Below, in pieces: positions 27,041-36,238 of a stretch of DNA of 54,638 bases. The position numbers were made by a program, and so were the translations under genes. The notes beneath the pieces were generated by a model, which did not search any database, had not been told where the DNA came from, and saw nothing but the letters and a program-made list of their open reading frames with translations. Location: contig JBDUDC010000001.1 of NCBI GenBank assembly GCA_040003165.1, forward strand, positions 1 to 54,638. Direction: 5' to 3'. Each line of letters begins with the position of its first letter. The stretch's first letter is position 1. The stretch comes from Chloroflexota bacterium. GTDB taxonomy: Bacteria; Chloroflexota; Limnocylindria; QHBO01.

Positions 27041-27577
27041 TCAGGAGCGTCCCAGCGCGCGCGAGGCGGCCGTTCGCAGGCTGCCGCGGAGCGCGATGCC
27101 GAATGCCGCCAGGAGCAGCGCCGCAAAGGCGGGAACCAGGATTGGCAGCGCGGAGCCGCCGCTGGTCGGGACGGGCGCGACTGCGGCGACCTGCAACGGC
27201 TGCAATGGCGTCGTCACCGGCAGCTGGTCCGGCATCGTGACTGCCCAGCTCCAGCGACCCGCCTTTGGCAGCGTCAGCTCGACGACCCAATGGCCGGCTG
27301 TTCCCTGAGCTCGCGCGGGGAATGAGAGGAGCTTGCCGTCCGGGCCGGTCGCTTCGACGATTACCTCTCCCTGGCTGATCGGGGCCGTGCCTCGCTGCAG
27401 AAGCGTGAAGCCGATGCTCACCGGGCCGCCGGCGGTTGGCTTCGGCACACCCGGATCGAGCTCGACGGTCGCCCAGCCGCCCGCCCCGACCGGGGGCTCT
27501 TTGGCCAGCGCCGCACCGGCGCCGAGCAGCAGGACGGCGGATGCGATCAGCGAGGCGAGCGAGAGACTCTGGCGCAT
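27041..27577 (-). CDS. Secreted protein with C-terminal TM anchor, paralog 2
   Basis: Start taken at the ATG at 27577 (MRQSLSLASLIASA..), by analogy with paralog 1 and the shared RBS context cgcagaggca. GGWATVELDP...GHWVVELTLPKAGRWSWAVTM. Confidence 0.65.
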   Translation of the reverse strand: MRQSLSLASLIASAVLLLGAGAALAKEPPVGAGGWATVELDPGVPKPTAGGPVSIGFTLLQRGTAPISQGEVIVEATGPDGKLLSFPARAQGTAGHWVVELTLPKAGRWSWAVTMPDQLPVTTPLQPLQVAAVAPVPTSGGSALPILVPAFAALLLAAFGIALRGSLRTAASRALGRS

Positions 27578-27610
27578 GATGGGATGCCTCTGCGATTGTT
27601 CCAACGTCCG

Positions 27611-27639
27611 ATCTACACCCCCGGCCGCCTGACGGTTCC
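27611..27639 (-). promoter_or_regulatory. ECF-type promoter GGAACC-N17-GTAGAT upstream of paralog 2
   Basis: Minus strand reads GGAACCgtcaggcggccgggggtGTAGAT, 33 nt upstream of the ATG at 27577. Confidence 0.5.
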
Positions 27640-27651
27640 GTCGCGGTGGCG

Positions 27652-27680
27652 GGAACCCGGTCGGTTCGGCAGGTGTATCG
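27652..27680 (+). promoter_or_regulatory. ECF-type (autoregulatory) promoter GGAACC-N17-GTATCG upstream of the sigma factor gene
   Basis: GGAACCcggtcggttcggcaggtGTATCG. Its -35 element is back-to-back with that of the paralog 2 promoter, 12 nt apart. Confidence 0.5.
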
Positions 27681-27704
27681 GGATCAGCTGGTGGAGGGCC
27701 GTCA

Positions 27705-28265
27705 CTGACCGATACGGAGCTGGTCGAGCGGGCGCGGAATGGGGATGTGCCCGCCTACGAGGAGCTGATGCGTCGCCATGAATCGCTCGCCTTCCGCACG
27801 GCGTATCTGATCGTCGCCGATGCAGACGAGGCGCGCGATGCCGCGCAGGACGGATTTCTGCGGGCGTATGCGGCGCTGGGCCGCTTTCGGGCGGGTGCCG
27901 AGTTCCGACCGTGGCTGCTCCGCATCGTCGCCAACGCAGCGCGGAATCGACGGCGCGGCCGGACGCGACGAGCGGGCCTCGCGCTGCGCGCCGCGGCGGA
28001 TCGACAGGACGATCTCGCAGCCCCTTCCCCGGAGGTTGCGGTGCTGGCCGCCGAGCGGCGGGCACTGCTGCTGGCAGCAATCGAGCGCCTCAGCCTGGAG
28101 GATCGCGACGTGATCGTGATGCGGTGGTTCGCGGAGCTGAACGAGGCCGAGATGGCGGCCGCCCTCGACTGCCCGCGTGGGACCGTCAAATCTCGTCTCT
28201 CGCGAGCCATGGCCCGCCTCCGCCATCAGCTGCCTGATCGCGAGCTGGAGGGTCCCCATGACTGA
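27705..28265 (+). CDS. ECF-family RNA polymerase sigma factor (probable CTG start)
   Basis: Region 2 (PAYEELMRRHESLAFRTAYLIVADADEARDAAQDGFLRAY) and region 4 (LSLEDRDVIVMRWFAELNEAEMAAALDCPRGTVKSRLSRA). The track start is the GTG at 27747. However, the in-frame upstream LTDTELVERARNGDV matches the usual ECF N-terminus, and GGAGG lies 7 nt before the CTG at 27705. Confidence 0.85.
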   Translation: MTDTELVERARNGDVPAYEELMRRHESLAFRTAYLIVADADEARDAAQDGFLRAYAALGRFRAGAEFRPWLLRIVANAARNRRRGRTRRAGLALRAAADRQDDLAAPSPEVAVLAAERRALLLAAIERLSLEDRDVIVMRWFAELNEAEMAAALDCPRGTVKSRLSRAMARLRHQLPDRELEGPHD

Positions 28266-29025
28266 GCCGTTCGACTCTGCCCTCGACCGCGAGCTGTCGC
28301 AGCTGGCCGCCGAGATCGCACTCCCTCCGACGCCATCCCTTGCACTGGCGGTGGGAGCCACACTGCGCCAACCGCCGGCGCCATCCCGAATCGGGCTTCG
28401 CCTCTCACGCGGTCTCGTACTCGCCATCGTCGCGACGTTGCTGCTGGTCGGGATTGCGGCGGCGATCGGCATCGCGATCGGCGGGATCCGATTCGTCACC
28501 GGTTCGGGCACCCCGCCGCCGCTGCCCGCCGGCGTGGCAGCGCAGCGCGGACTGGGGAGGCTGGTCACCCTCGACGAGGCTCGGTCCGCGGTCGCATTCA
28601 CGATCCGCCTCCCGAGCGACGCTGCCCTGTCCGAGCCGGATCATGTCTATCTCTCGGCGCTGGCGCCGATGGGCGGCCGGGTCGGGCTGGTCTACGGCGA
28701 CCGGCCAGGGTTCCCTGCCGATCCGAAGAGCGGCATTGGGTTGCTGATCACCGAGTTCCGCGCCGACATCGGCCCAGACAGCTTCGAGAAGCTCATTCAG
28801 AAGGGCGTGCGCGTGGACGGAGTGACCGTCAACGGGCAGCCGGGCTACTGGGTCGCCGGCGGGAACCACTTCTTTTACTACCGCAACGCGGACGGCAGGG
28901 TTGTGGACGAGACGATGCGGCTGGTCGGGGACACGCTGATCTGGGCAGAGGGCGGCCTCACGCTTCGCATCGAAGGAGCGCCCTCGCTCGCGGCCGCCAG
29001 GGAGCTGGCAGCCTCGCTCCATTGA
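28258..29025 (+). CDS. Single-pass membrane protein with DUF4367-like extracytoplasmic domain (putative anti-sigma factor)
   Basis: ATG at 28258 overlaps the sigma stop (ATGACTGA). Short cytoplasmic N-terminus, one TM (LVLAIVATLLLVGIAAAIGIAIGG), and a C-terminal domain ...VNGQPGYWVAGG.HFF.... No ZAS HxxxCxxC motif. Confidence 0.7.
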   Translation: MTEPFDSALDRELSQLAAEIALPPTPSLALAVGATLRQPPAPSRIGLRLSRGLVLAIVATLLLVGIAAAIGIAIGGIRFVTGSGTPPPLPAGVAAQRGLGRLVTLDEARSAVAFTIRLPSDAALSEPDHVYLSALAPMGGRVGLVYGDRPGFPADPKSGIGLLITEFRADIGPDSFEKLIQKGVRVDGVTVNGQPGYWVAGGNHFFYYRNADGRVVDETMRLVGDTLIWAEGGLTLRIEGAPSLAAARELAASLH

Positions 29026-29038
29026 GCGTCGGAGTGCG

Positions 29039-31174
29039 TCAGCTGACGGTCGCGTCGATCCCCAGCTCTGCACACAGGAATTCGAGGGAGCGCCGCTCGC
29101 GCAGCATCAGCGCGGCCCGTCCGCGAGGACCGTGCCGCTCGCCGGCCAGCAGGAGCAGGTCGACGCTCCGCCCCAGCTCGCCGAGCCTGGTCAGCAGCCG
29201 GGCGGTATGCCGGAAATGCACGTTTTCGTCGAGCAGGCCATGGATGACGAGGACCGCTCCGCGCAGGTCGCCGGCGTGGGTCAGCACCGAGCTTGCGCGA
29301 TACCCGTCAGGGTTGGCCGCCGGCGTGCCCATGTAGCGCTCGGTGTACGCCGTGTCATAGCCGTCCCAATCGACGACCGGCGCGCCCGCCACGCCCACCT
29401 TGAACAGGTTCGGCTCGCGCGCCATGCAGAGCAGCGTCATGTAGCCGCCGTACGACCACCCGTACAGGCCGATGCGCCCGGGGTCTGCGTCTCCGCGCCT
29501 GACCATCTCACGGACGGCCGCCGCCTGGTCATCGACTTCGACGCTGCCCATCCGCCCGGCGAGTGCCGCCTCGAAGGCCACGCCCCGCCCGTGGGTGCCG
29601 CGGTTGTCGACGATCAGCACCCCGATCCCACGCTGGCGGAGCCACTGCGCGCGAAGGTCGACGGTGAGCGCCCAGGCGTTTCGCGCGCGCTGGGAATGCG
29701 GCCCGCCATAGACGGATAGGACCAGCGGCGGCGGGCCCCACGTGTGGTCGGGTCGGTAGAAGGCGCCATGCAGCGCGGTCAGGCCGTCGGCCGCGATCAG
29801 CTCCACCAGATCCGGCGGAGCGAGGCCGATCCTCGCCGCGTCGGCGCTCGGCTGGTGGACGGTCAGCGACTGACCGCCATCTCGTCCGTGGACGCTGACG
29901 CGCGGCCCTCGCTCGACGCTCGAGCAGGTGTCGACCCAGCGCTGCCCATCGGCGCTGGCGACCACCTCGTGCCAGCCCGGCTCATCGGTCAGGCGGACCG
30001 GGTCGCCGCCATCGAGCGAGACCGAATAGAGGTGCTGCTCGAGGACTCCCTCGCGTCCCGCCACGAAAAGCACCTCGTGCGCCTCGACGTTAACCTGCAC
30101 CACGCCGCCGACGGCCCACTCCCCGCTGGTGATGGGCCGAGCAGGTCCGTCGTCGCCCTCCCGCAGCTCGATGTGCCGGAAGCCGCTCGCCTCGGTCGTC
30201 CGCAGGATGCGACCATCGGTGAGGACGCGGGTGTCGTCGTCGAGGTTCAGCCACGGCTCCGACGTCTCGGTCCACAGTTCTTTGGCGACCCCATCCTGCG
30301 AGAGCACGCCCCAGCGCAGGGTGCGCTGGTCACGCGCCAGGATGGCGACCAGCCAGCCGCCGTCCGGTCGCGGTACGACGCGCGCCAGGTAGCCGTCGAC
30401 CTCGATCCCGGCGCCGGCCTCGCCCTGTCCCGTGGCGGCCACGACGTGCAGGCTCACCCGCGCGTTCTCCTGCCCGGCGAAGGGGTAGCGATGCACCTCG
30501 ACTTCGGACGCGTCCTCGCTCCAGTGCGGGATCACGAAGGCGGGCACCCGGCGCTCGTCGACCCGGGCGTAGGCCAGGAACGCCGAGTCCTCGCTCCACC
30601 ACAGGCCGTCGGTACGGTCGAGCTCCTCGGCCGCGACGAACTCGGGCAGGCCTGAGAAGAGGCCATCCTCGGCATCGTGGGTGGCGCGGCTCGGTGAGCC
30701 ACCCTCCACCAAGACCAGCCATACGTCGCCATCGACGACATAGGCGACCCGCCGGCCATCCGGAGCCAGCTTCGCGGCCTGGACGCCGCTGATGCCGGCG
30801 ATCTCCCGAGCCGGCTCGCCGCCGACGACCACGAAGAGCCGGCCGGCCAGCGGAACCAGCACCGTGGCCCGCTCGGCGCGTGATGCCCACGCGTAGTCGG
30901 TCACGCCAAGCTCGACCGTGCGCTGCCGCTGGCGCCGAAGCTCTTCCTCGCGGGAGAGGCTCTCCTCGCTGCGCGCCTCGGCGATCGGACCCATCAGCAG
31001 GCGTCGCTCGCCGGTCGCCAGCTCGTGTCGCCACAGGGAGCGGACGAGCGAGCCGTCCGACGAGGCGAGGTAGCTGATCGCATCCTCGCCGGGGACGAAC
31101 TCGATGCGACCCGGCGCGTCCATGCCGGGCAGTGGCTGTCGGACGAGGTCGTCGAGGGTCAGGCGGTCGGGCAT
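29039..31174 (-). CDS. S9 family peptidase (dipeptidyl-aminopeptidase / DPP IV-like)
   Basis: 711 aa. N-terminal propeller, nucleophile elbow YGWSYGGYM, and HGLLDENVH. Confidence 0.9.
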   Translation of the reverse strand: MPDRLTLDDLVRQPLPGMDAPGRIEFVPGEDAISYLASSDGSLVRSLWRHELATGERRLLMGPIAEARSEESLSREEELRRQRQRTVELGVTDYAWASRAERATVLVPLAGRLFVVVGGEPAREIAGISGVQAAKLAPDGRRVAYVVDGDVWLVLVEGGSPSRATHDAEDGLFSGLPEFVAAEELDRTDGLWWSEDSAFLAYARVDERRVPAFVIPHWSEDASEVEVHRYPFAGQENARVSLHVVAATGQGEAGAGIEVDGYLARVVPRPDGGWLVAILARDQRTLRWGVLSQDGVAKELWTETSEPWLNLDDDTRVLTDGRILRTTEASGFRHIELREGDDGPARPITSGEWAVGGVVQVNVEAHEVLFVAGREGVLEQHLYSVSLDGGDPVRLTDEPGWHEVVASADGQRWVDTCSSVERGPRVSVHGRDGGQSLTVHQPSADAARIGLAPPDLVELIAADGLTALHGAFYRPDHTWGPPPLVLSVYGGPHSQRARNAWALTVDLRAQWLRQRGIGVLIVDNRGTHGRGVAFEAALAGRMGSVEVDDQAAAVREMVRRGDADPGRIGLYGWSYGGYMTLLCMAREPNLFKVGVAGAPVVDWDGYDTAYTERYMGTPAANPDGYRASSVLTHAGDLRGAVLVIHGLLDENVHFRHTARLLTRLGELGRSVDLLLLAGERHGPRGRAALMLRERRSLEFLCAELGIDATVS

Positions 31175-31202
31175 CGCGGCCGATGGTAGCCGCCCACCGG
31201 AC

Positions 31203-31721
31203 TCAGGAGGCTGGCTGGCTCTCCTCGATCTCGATCGTGTCGATGCGATCGCCGGGGGCCGGGTCGGGGCCTGGATCGCGCTCGCGGATCGAGCGCAGGA
31301 CGTCCATCCCGCCGGTCACCCGCCCGAAGACGGTGTGCTTCCCGTCGAGATGCGGCGTCGGACCCAGCGTCAGAAAGAACTGCGAGCCGTTGGTGCCCGG
31401 GCCGGCGTTGGCCATCGACAGGGTGCCCGCCGCCTCATGCCGCAGCTCGGGACTGAACTCGTCGCGGAACTGGTAGCCGGGACCGCCGCGGCCGGTGCCG
31501 GTCGGATCTCCGCCCTGGGCCATGAACCCGCCGATGACGCGGTGAAAGGTCGTCCCGTCGTAGAAGCCCGACCGAGCGAGGTTGACGAAGTTCTCCACCG
31601 TGAGCGGAGCCTGTTCTGCGTACAGCTCGCACGTGATCTCGCCCTTCTCTGTCTTGAAGTGGGCGACATAGGACTTCGCGGTGTCGAGCGCGCCGGAGGG
31701 CGGCATCGGCCTATCGGACAT
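31203..31721 (-). CDS. Peptidyl-prolyl cis-trans isomerase (cyclophilin type)
   Basis: ATG at 31721 preceded by [36 protein letters not shown]. The rest of track ORF 31203..32756 is a shadow of the amidohydrolase gene. Confidence 0.9.
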   Translation of the reverse strand: MSDRPMPPSGALDTAKSYVAHFKTEKGEITCELYAEQAPLTVENFVNLARSGFYDGTTFHRVIGGFMAQGGDPTGTGRGGPGYQFRDEFSPELRHEAAGTLSMANAGPGTNGSQFFLTLGPTPHLDGKHTVFGRVTGGMDVLRSIRERDPGPDPAPGDRIDTIEIEESQPAS

Positions 31722-31775
31722 CGGTTTCTCCTGTGGGTTGGACGGACCGATGCTACCCGAGCCGACGCTCCTTGG

Positions 31776-31781
31776 TACGCT
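31776..31781 (+). promoter_or_regulatory. -10-like box TACGCT, 6 nt upstream of an ATG (leaderless-type start)
   Basis: ggTACGCTcgcatcATG at 31788. No Shine-Dalgarno sequence. Confidence 0.3.
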
Positions 31782-31787
31782 CGCATC

Positions 31788-32990
31788 ATGACCCGAACGC
31801 TCTTCGCCGGTGGCCTCCTCTTCGACGGCACCGGGGCCGATCCGGCGATCGCCGATATCACCGTCGAGGACGGGCGCGTCGTCGAGATCGGGCGTGGCCT
31901 GGATGGTGACGAGCAGGTCGACCTGGCCGGCAAGGCCGTGCTGCCGGGCCTGTTCGACTGCCATGTGCACGTCGTGTTCAGCACCATCGACGAGCTGCAG
32001 AACATCCACACCCCGTTCAGCTACCGCTTCTACCAGGCCGAGCAGAACCTGAAGGCCACCCTGCGAACCGGGATCACCACCGTACGTGACGCCGGAGGCG
32101 CCGACCTCGGCGTGAAGCAGGCCCAGGCCGATGGGCTGATCGCGGGCCCGAGGATGCAGATCAGCCTGCGGATGATCAGCCAGACCGGCGGCCACGGAGA
32201 CCCGTGGACCGTTTCGGGGAGCGATGTCGAGGCGTTTCCCTCTCATCCGGGCATCCCGGACACCACGGTCGACGGTCCGGAAGAGATGCGGCAGGTGGTC
32301 CGGAGCCTCATCCGCCAGGGTGCCGACGTGATCAAGGTCGCCACCTCGGGCGGAGTCCTCTCGCCGCGCGACAACCCGCGCCATGCCCACTTCCGGCCCG
32401 ATGAGCTGGAGATGCTGGTCCATGAGGCAACCGCGGCCGGAATCTGGGTCATGGCCCACGCCCAGGCGACCGACGGCATCAAGAACGGCATCCGAGCCGG
32501 GATCCGATCGATCGAGCACGGCATCTTCCTCGACGACGAAGCGATCGACATGATGCTGCAGCGCGGGACCTGGCTCGTCCCGACCCTCGTCGCCCCGCAG
32601 GGAGTGATCCGCGCCGCCGACGAGGGCGCAGCCATCCCCGAGCTCGCCCTCGCCAAGGCGCGCGAGGTCGTCTCGATCCACCGCGATGCGTTCCGCCGCG
32701 CGGTCGCGGCCGGGGTCAAGGTGGCGATGGGGACCGATTCGGGCGTCACACCGCACGGCCGCAACCTCGAGGAGCTGCAGCTCATGGTCGAGGGCGGCAT
32801 GACGCCGACACAGGCGCTGGTCGCCACCACTCGAAGCGCCGCCGAGCTGATGGGTCTCGAAGGCGACCTCGGGACGCTGGAGGAGGGGAAGCGCGCCGAC
32901 CTGGTGATCGTCGACGGCGATCCGCTCGAGGTCGCGGACCTCAGCTCACGGATCGCCGCCGTATATCAGGATGGCCGCCAGGTCGTCTAG
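31788..32990 (+). CDS. Amidohydrolase family protein (metal-dependent hydrolase)
   Basis: [16 protein letters not shown]...[12 protein letters not shown] (HxH), ...AHAQ..., ...GTDSG. Confidence 0.85.
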   Translation: MTRTLFAGGLLFDGTGADPAIADITVEDGRVVEIGRGLDGDEQVDLAGKAVLPGLFDCHVHVVFSTIDELQNIHTPFSYRFYQAEQNLKATLRTGITTVRDAGGADLGVKQAQADGLIAGPRMQISLRMISQTGGHGDPWTVSGSDVEAFPSHPGIPDTTVDGPEEMRQVVRSLIRQGADVIKVATSGGVLSPRDNPRHAHFRPDELEMLVHEATAAGIWVMAHAQATDGIKNGIRAGIRSIEHGIFLDDEAIDMMLQRGTWLVPTLVAPQGVIRAADEGAAIPELALAKAREVVSIHRDAFRRAVAAGVKVAMGTDSGVTPHGRNLEELQLMVEGGMTPTQALVATTRSAAELMGLEGDLGTLEEGKRADLVIVDGDPLEVADLSSRIAAVYQDGRQVV

Positions 32991-33001
32991 CGACCAACGG
33001 C

Positions 33002-33640
33002 CTAGTGCTGGAGGTCGATCACCAGCCGGTCGGGCTCGGTGAGCGTCGAGACCCGCAGGCAGCTCGCCCGCGAGAGCCCCGCATACCAGTTGCTGACCGC
33101 CTCGAAATCGCCGCCTTCGACCAGGTTGACGAGCACCGGGAAGGTAAGGGCGAAGTTGCGCGGGCCGCTGTAGCTCGAACCGCCGGTGCCGGTCATCTTG
33201 GTGGCGCCATGCAGCGTGATGCGCAGGAACGCGCTCCCCTGGACGGTCAGCGGCTGGCCGCTGGGGTCCTGCGTGAATGGGGGACTCGCGGTCTCAATGC
33301 TGTACTGCGGGACGCCGCCGCGGAACTGGAAGACGATGCGGTCGTAGCCGTCATGGGTGCCGACCCGCACGTCGCTGATGTTGGTGTGCGTGACGGTTCC
33401 GCTTCCCTCGACCGGCAGGCCGCAGGCGAATCCGGCCGCGCCGCTGGGCTCGACCGTGGGAAGCGAGGTCGCTGACGGAGATGGACTGGTCGAGGTCGCA
33501 GAGGGGGAGGGCTCCTCGGAGGCGCTGACGCTCGTGATGACCGGCGACGCCGGGCCGCCGCCGGTCCGGGTCACCGCGCACGCTGCCAGCAGCAGCGTCA
33601 GGCTCAGGATGGCGGTTCGGGTCGCGAGAGTGGGCGGCAT
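33002..33640 (-). CDS. AMIN-like domain lipoprotein
   Basis: ATG at 33640 preceded by GAGGAG. Lipobox LLLAACA, Ser/Pro linker, YDRIVFQFRGGVPQYSIE...LRITLHGA. The remaining upstream part of track ORF 33002..34744 is a shadow of citrate synthase. Confidence 0.65.
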   Translation of the reverse strand: MPPTLATRTAILSLTLLLAACAVTRTGGGPASPVITSVSASEEPSPSATSTSPSPSATSLPTVEPSGAAGFACGLPVEGSGTVTHTNISDVRVGTHDGYDRIVFQFRGGVPQYSIETASPPFTQDPSGQPLTVQGSAFLRITLHGATKMTGTGGSSYSGPRNFALTFPVLVNLVEGGDFEAVSNWYAGLSRASCLRVSTLTEPDRLVIDLQH

Positions 33641-33721
33641 CTGGCTCCTCTTTGCCGGTTGATCCGGCGCGTTGCAATGATTTGCCCCTCTGACGGGCGG
33701 CGGGTGGGCTGCGTTACGGCC

Positions 33722-33727
33722 TAGACT
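33722..33727 (+). promoter_or_regulatory. -10-like box TAGACT, 9 nt upstream of the citrate synthase ATG
   Basis: ccTAGACTctcgcgacgATG. No Shine-Dalgarno sequence. Confidence 0.3.
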
Positions 33728-33736
33728 CTCGCGACG

Positions 33737-34828
33737 ATGAGCGAACGACCCTACTCGCCAGGCCTCGAAGGGGTCATCGCCGGCGAAACGTCGCTGGCGC
33801 TGATCGACGGGGCCGATGGCCGGCTGCTCTACCGCGGCTATCCGATCGGCGAGCTCGCCCAAAGTGGCAGTTACGCGCAGGTCTGCGAGCTGCTGTGGGG
33901 AGGTGAGTGGCCATCGCAGGCGAGCCTGTCCGTCGCTCGGCTCCCCGAGGAGGTGACCGCCGTGCTGCGGCTCCTCCCGGCCGGCACGAACGCGATGGAC
34001 GCGCTGCGCACGGCGGTCTCGACCTGGGGAGCGTGCGAGCGGCTTGGCTGGCCGCCGACCGTCGAACAGGCACGCCAGCTCACCGCTATGGCGCCTTCGG
34101 CGCTGGCGGCATTCGCTCGCCTGCGCGACGGTCTCGAGCCGATCGAGCCGGACCCCGATCTGCCCCTCGCCGCGGGCTTCCTCTACCAGCTGCGCGGTGA
34201 GCGACCGGACGAGTCGGCCGCGCGGGCGCTGGATGCGTACTTCGTCGTCGCGGCCGAGCATGGCTTCAACGCCTCGACCTTCACCGCGCGCGTCATCACC
34301 GCCACGCGCTCGGATCTCGCCAGCGCGGTGGTCGGCGCGATCGGTGCCCTCAAAGGGCCGCTCCACGGCGGGGCGCCATCCGAGGTCGTGAACCAGCTGC
34401 ACGAGATGGGCTCGGTCGAGGGAGCGGAAGCCTGGATGCGAGCCGCGCTTGCTCGCGGCGAGCGTCTGATGGGGTTCGGCCACCGCGTCTACCGCGCCTA
34501 CGATCCGAGGGCCGCCGCGCTGCGCACGGTCGCCGAGCGCCTGACCGATGTCGCCGGCTGGCTCGAGATGGCGGTCCGCGTCGAGGAGGTCGCCCTGCGC
34601 CTGCTGGCCGAGGAGAAGCCGGGCCGCGTCATCAAGACCAACGTCGAGTACTACGCCGCGGCCGTGCTGCAGGGCGTTGGGCTGGCGCCGAACCTCTTCC
34701 CGGCCACCTTCGCGCTGGCGCGCCATGCTGGCTGGACGGCGCACTGCCTTGAGCAGGCGGCCGCGAATCGGCTGATTCGGCCCGATGTGCGTTACGTGGG
34801 ACCGCCGGAGCGCTCGCTTCCCGACTGA
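33737..34828 (+). CDS. Citrate synthase (short, type-I-like / methylcitrate synthase family)
   Basis: [37 protein letters not shown] motifs. Confidence 0.9.
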   Translation: MSERPYSPGLEGVIAGETSLALIDGADGRLLYRGYPIGELAQSGSYAQVCELLWGGEWPSQASLSVARLPEEVTAVLRLLPAGTNAMDALRTAVSTWGACERLGWPPTVEQARQLTAMAPSALAAFARLRDGLEPIEPDPDLPLAAGFLYQLRGERPDESAARALDAYFVVAAEHGFNASTFTARVITATRSDLASAVVGAIGALKGPLHGGAPSEVVNQLHEMGSVEGAEAWMRAALARGERLMGFGHRVYRAYDPRAAALRTVAERLTDVAGWLEMAVRVEEVALRLLAEEKPGRVIKTNVEYYAAAVLQGVGLAPNLFPATFALARHAGWTAHCLEQAAANRLIRPDVRYVGPPERSLPD

Positions 34829-36117
34829 CCTCCCACGGGGCCGATCTCCTCGCCGAGGCGCTCCGCGAGGAGGCGCCGCTCGGCAGGGTTCTCGGTCAGG
34901 GAAAGGGCGCGGCGATCCGCCTCACGCGATTCCTCCGCCCGCCCGAGGCGACGCAGGAGCTCGCCGCGGGCGGCGTGGAACAGGTGGTAGCCGTCGAGGC
35001 GTGAGGCGAGCGGCTCGATCTCCGCCAGCGCGGGCGCCGGCCCGTCGCGCTCGGCCAGCGCCAGGGCCCGGTTGAGGGCGACGACCGGCGAGGGCAGCAT
35101 CTCGAGCAGCTGGTCGTAGAGCGCCACGATCGCCGTCCAGTCGGTGGCCGCGTACGAAGGCGCCTGGGCGTGGACGCCGACGATCGCCGCCTGGAGCTGG
35201 TACGGGCCGGCGCGGTCCATCCGGCCTGCGCGCCGGACGAGCGCGAGGGCGTCGTTGATGGCAGGCCGCGTCCAGAGGGAGCGATCCTGGTCGGGGAGCA
35301 GGATGAGCGAGCCGTCGCTGGCGAACCGCGCCGCCGCGCGGGCCAGGTGCAGCCGCATGAGCGCGAGCAGGCCGATCGCCTCCGGCTCGTCCGGCATCAG
35401 CCGCACCAGCAGCGAGGCGAGCCACTCGGCGTCGGCGGCCAGCTCGCGGCGCTCTGCCGACTGACCGGCGGAGGCGAGATATCCCTCGTTGAAGATGAGA
35501 TAGAGCACGCTCAGCACCTCGGTCAGCCGGCCGGGCAGCTCCGAGGCGTCGGGGACGCGATAAGGGATCGCGGCGTCGCGGATCTTACGCTTGGCGCGGA
35601 CCAGCCGCTGCGCGATGGTGGCCTCCGAGACCAGGAAGGCGCGCGCCACCGCCGGCGTCTCTAGGCCCCCGATCGTGCGCAACGTGAGCGCCACCTGGGC
35701 CTCCCGCGAGAGCGCGGGGTGGCAGCAGGTGAAGATCAGGCGCAGCCGGTCATCGGCCGCCATCGGCCCGCCGGTCTCGATCGGTGTCTCCATCGCCGTC
35801 GCCTCCAAGCCGAGCTGAGCGAGGCGGTCGCGATAGCGGGCGTTCCGCCGCAGTCGGTCGACGGCCCGCCGACGAGCGGTGGTCATCAGCCACGCCCCGG
35901 GGTTCCGGGGGATCCCCTCGCCGGGCCAGTGCTCGAGCGCTGCGACGAGCGCGTCCTGGACGAGCTCCTCGGCGAGGTCCCAGTCCCCGAGGATGCGGAC
36001 CAGCGCTGCGGTGAGCCTGCCGCGCTCCTCGCGCACGACGAGCTCGAGACGCGGATCCACCGCCTTGCGCGTCACCGGCCCATCGGATCGCTCATTGCTC
36101 TGTTCACCTCTGCTCAT
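34792..36117 (-). CDS. ECF-like sigma-70 factor with long C-terminal extension (DUF6596-like)
   Basis: Region 2 ([19 protein letters not shown]...[20 protein letters not shown]), region 4 ([30 protein letters not shown]), then about 230 aa of helical extension. Its 3' end overlaps citrate synthase by 37 nt. Confidence 0.85.
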   Translation of the reverse strand: MSRGEQSNERSDGPVTRKAVDPRLELVVREERGRLTAALVRILGDWDLAEELVQDALVAALEHWPGEGIPRNPGAWLMTTARRRAVDRLRRNARYRDRLAQLGLEATAMETPIETGGPMAADDRLRLIFTCCHPALSREAQVALTLRTIGGLETPAVARAFLVSEATIAQRLVRAKRKIRDAAIPYRVPDASELPGRLTEVLSVLYLIFNEGYLASAGQSAERRELAADAEWLASLLVRLMPDEPEAIGLLALMRLHLARAAARFASDGSLILLPDQDRSLWTRPAINDALALVRRAGRMDRAGPYQLQAAIVGVHAQAPSYAATDWTAIVALYDQLLEMLPSPVVALNRALALAERDGPAPALAEIEPLASRLDGYHLFHAARGELLRRLGRAEESREADRRALSLTENPAERRLLAERLGEEIGPVGGQSGSERSGGPT

Positions 36118-36238
36118 GACGACGAACGCGGAACCTCGGAATGGACATGCTCCGGTCGATTCTGCACGAGGTGAGGCTCACGCCCGCCGCCCGAAGGGCG
36201 TTTCAGCAGCGGATGAAGAAGCCGGGCAGAATGGGCAC

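Noticed and set aside
31722-32756. N-terminal extensions of track ORFs that fuse a real gene to the shadow of its neighbour. Examples: 31203..32756, 33002..34744, 16718..18718, 17146..19950, 20700..22370, 51798..53726 and 35879..37243.
   Set aside because: Recognisable protein similarity, RBS or leaderless signals and GC3 bias all begin at internal start codons. The upstream parts overlap well-supported genes on the other strand or in another frame.
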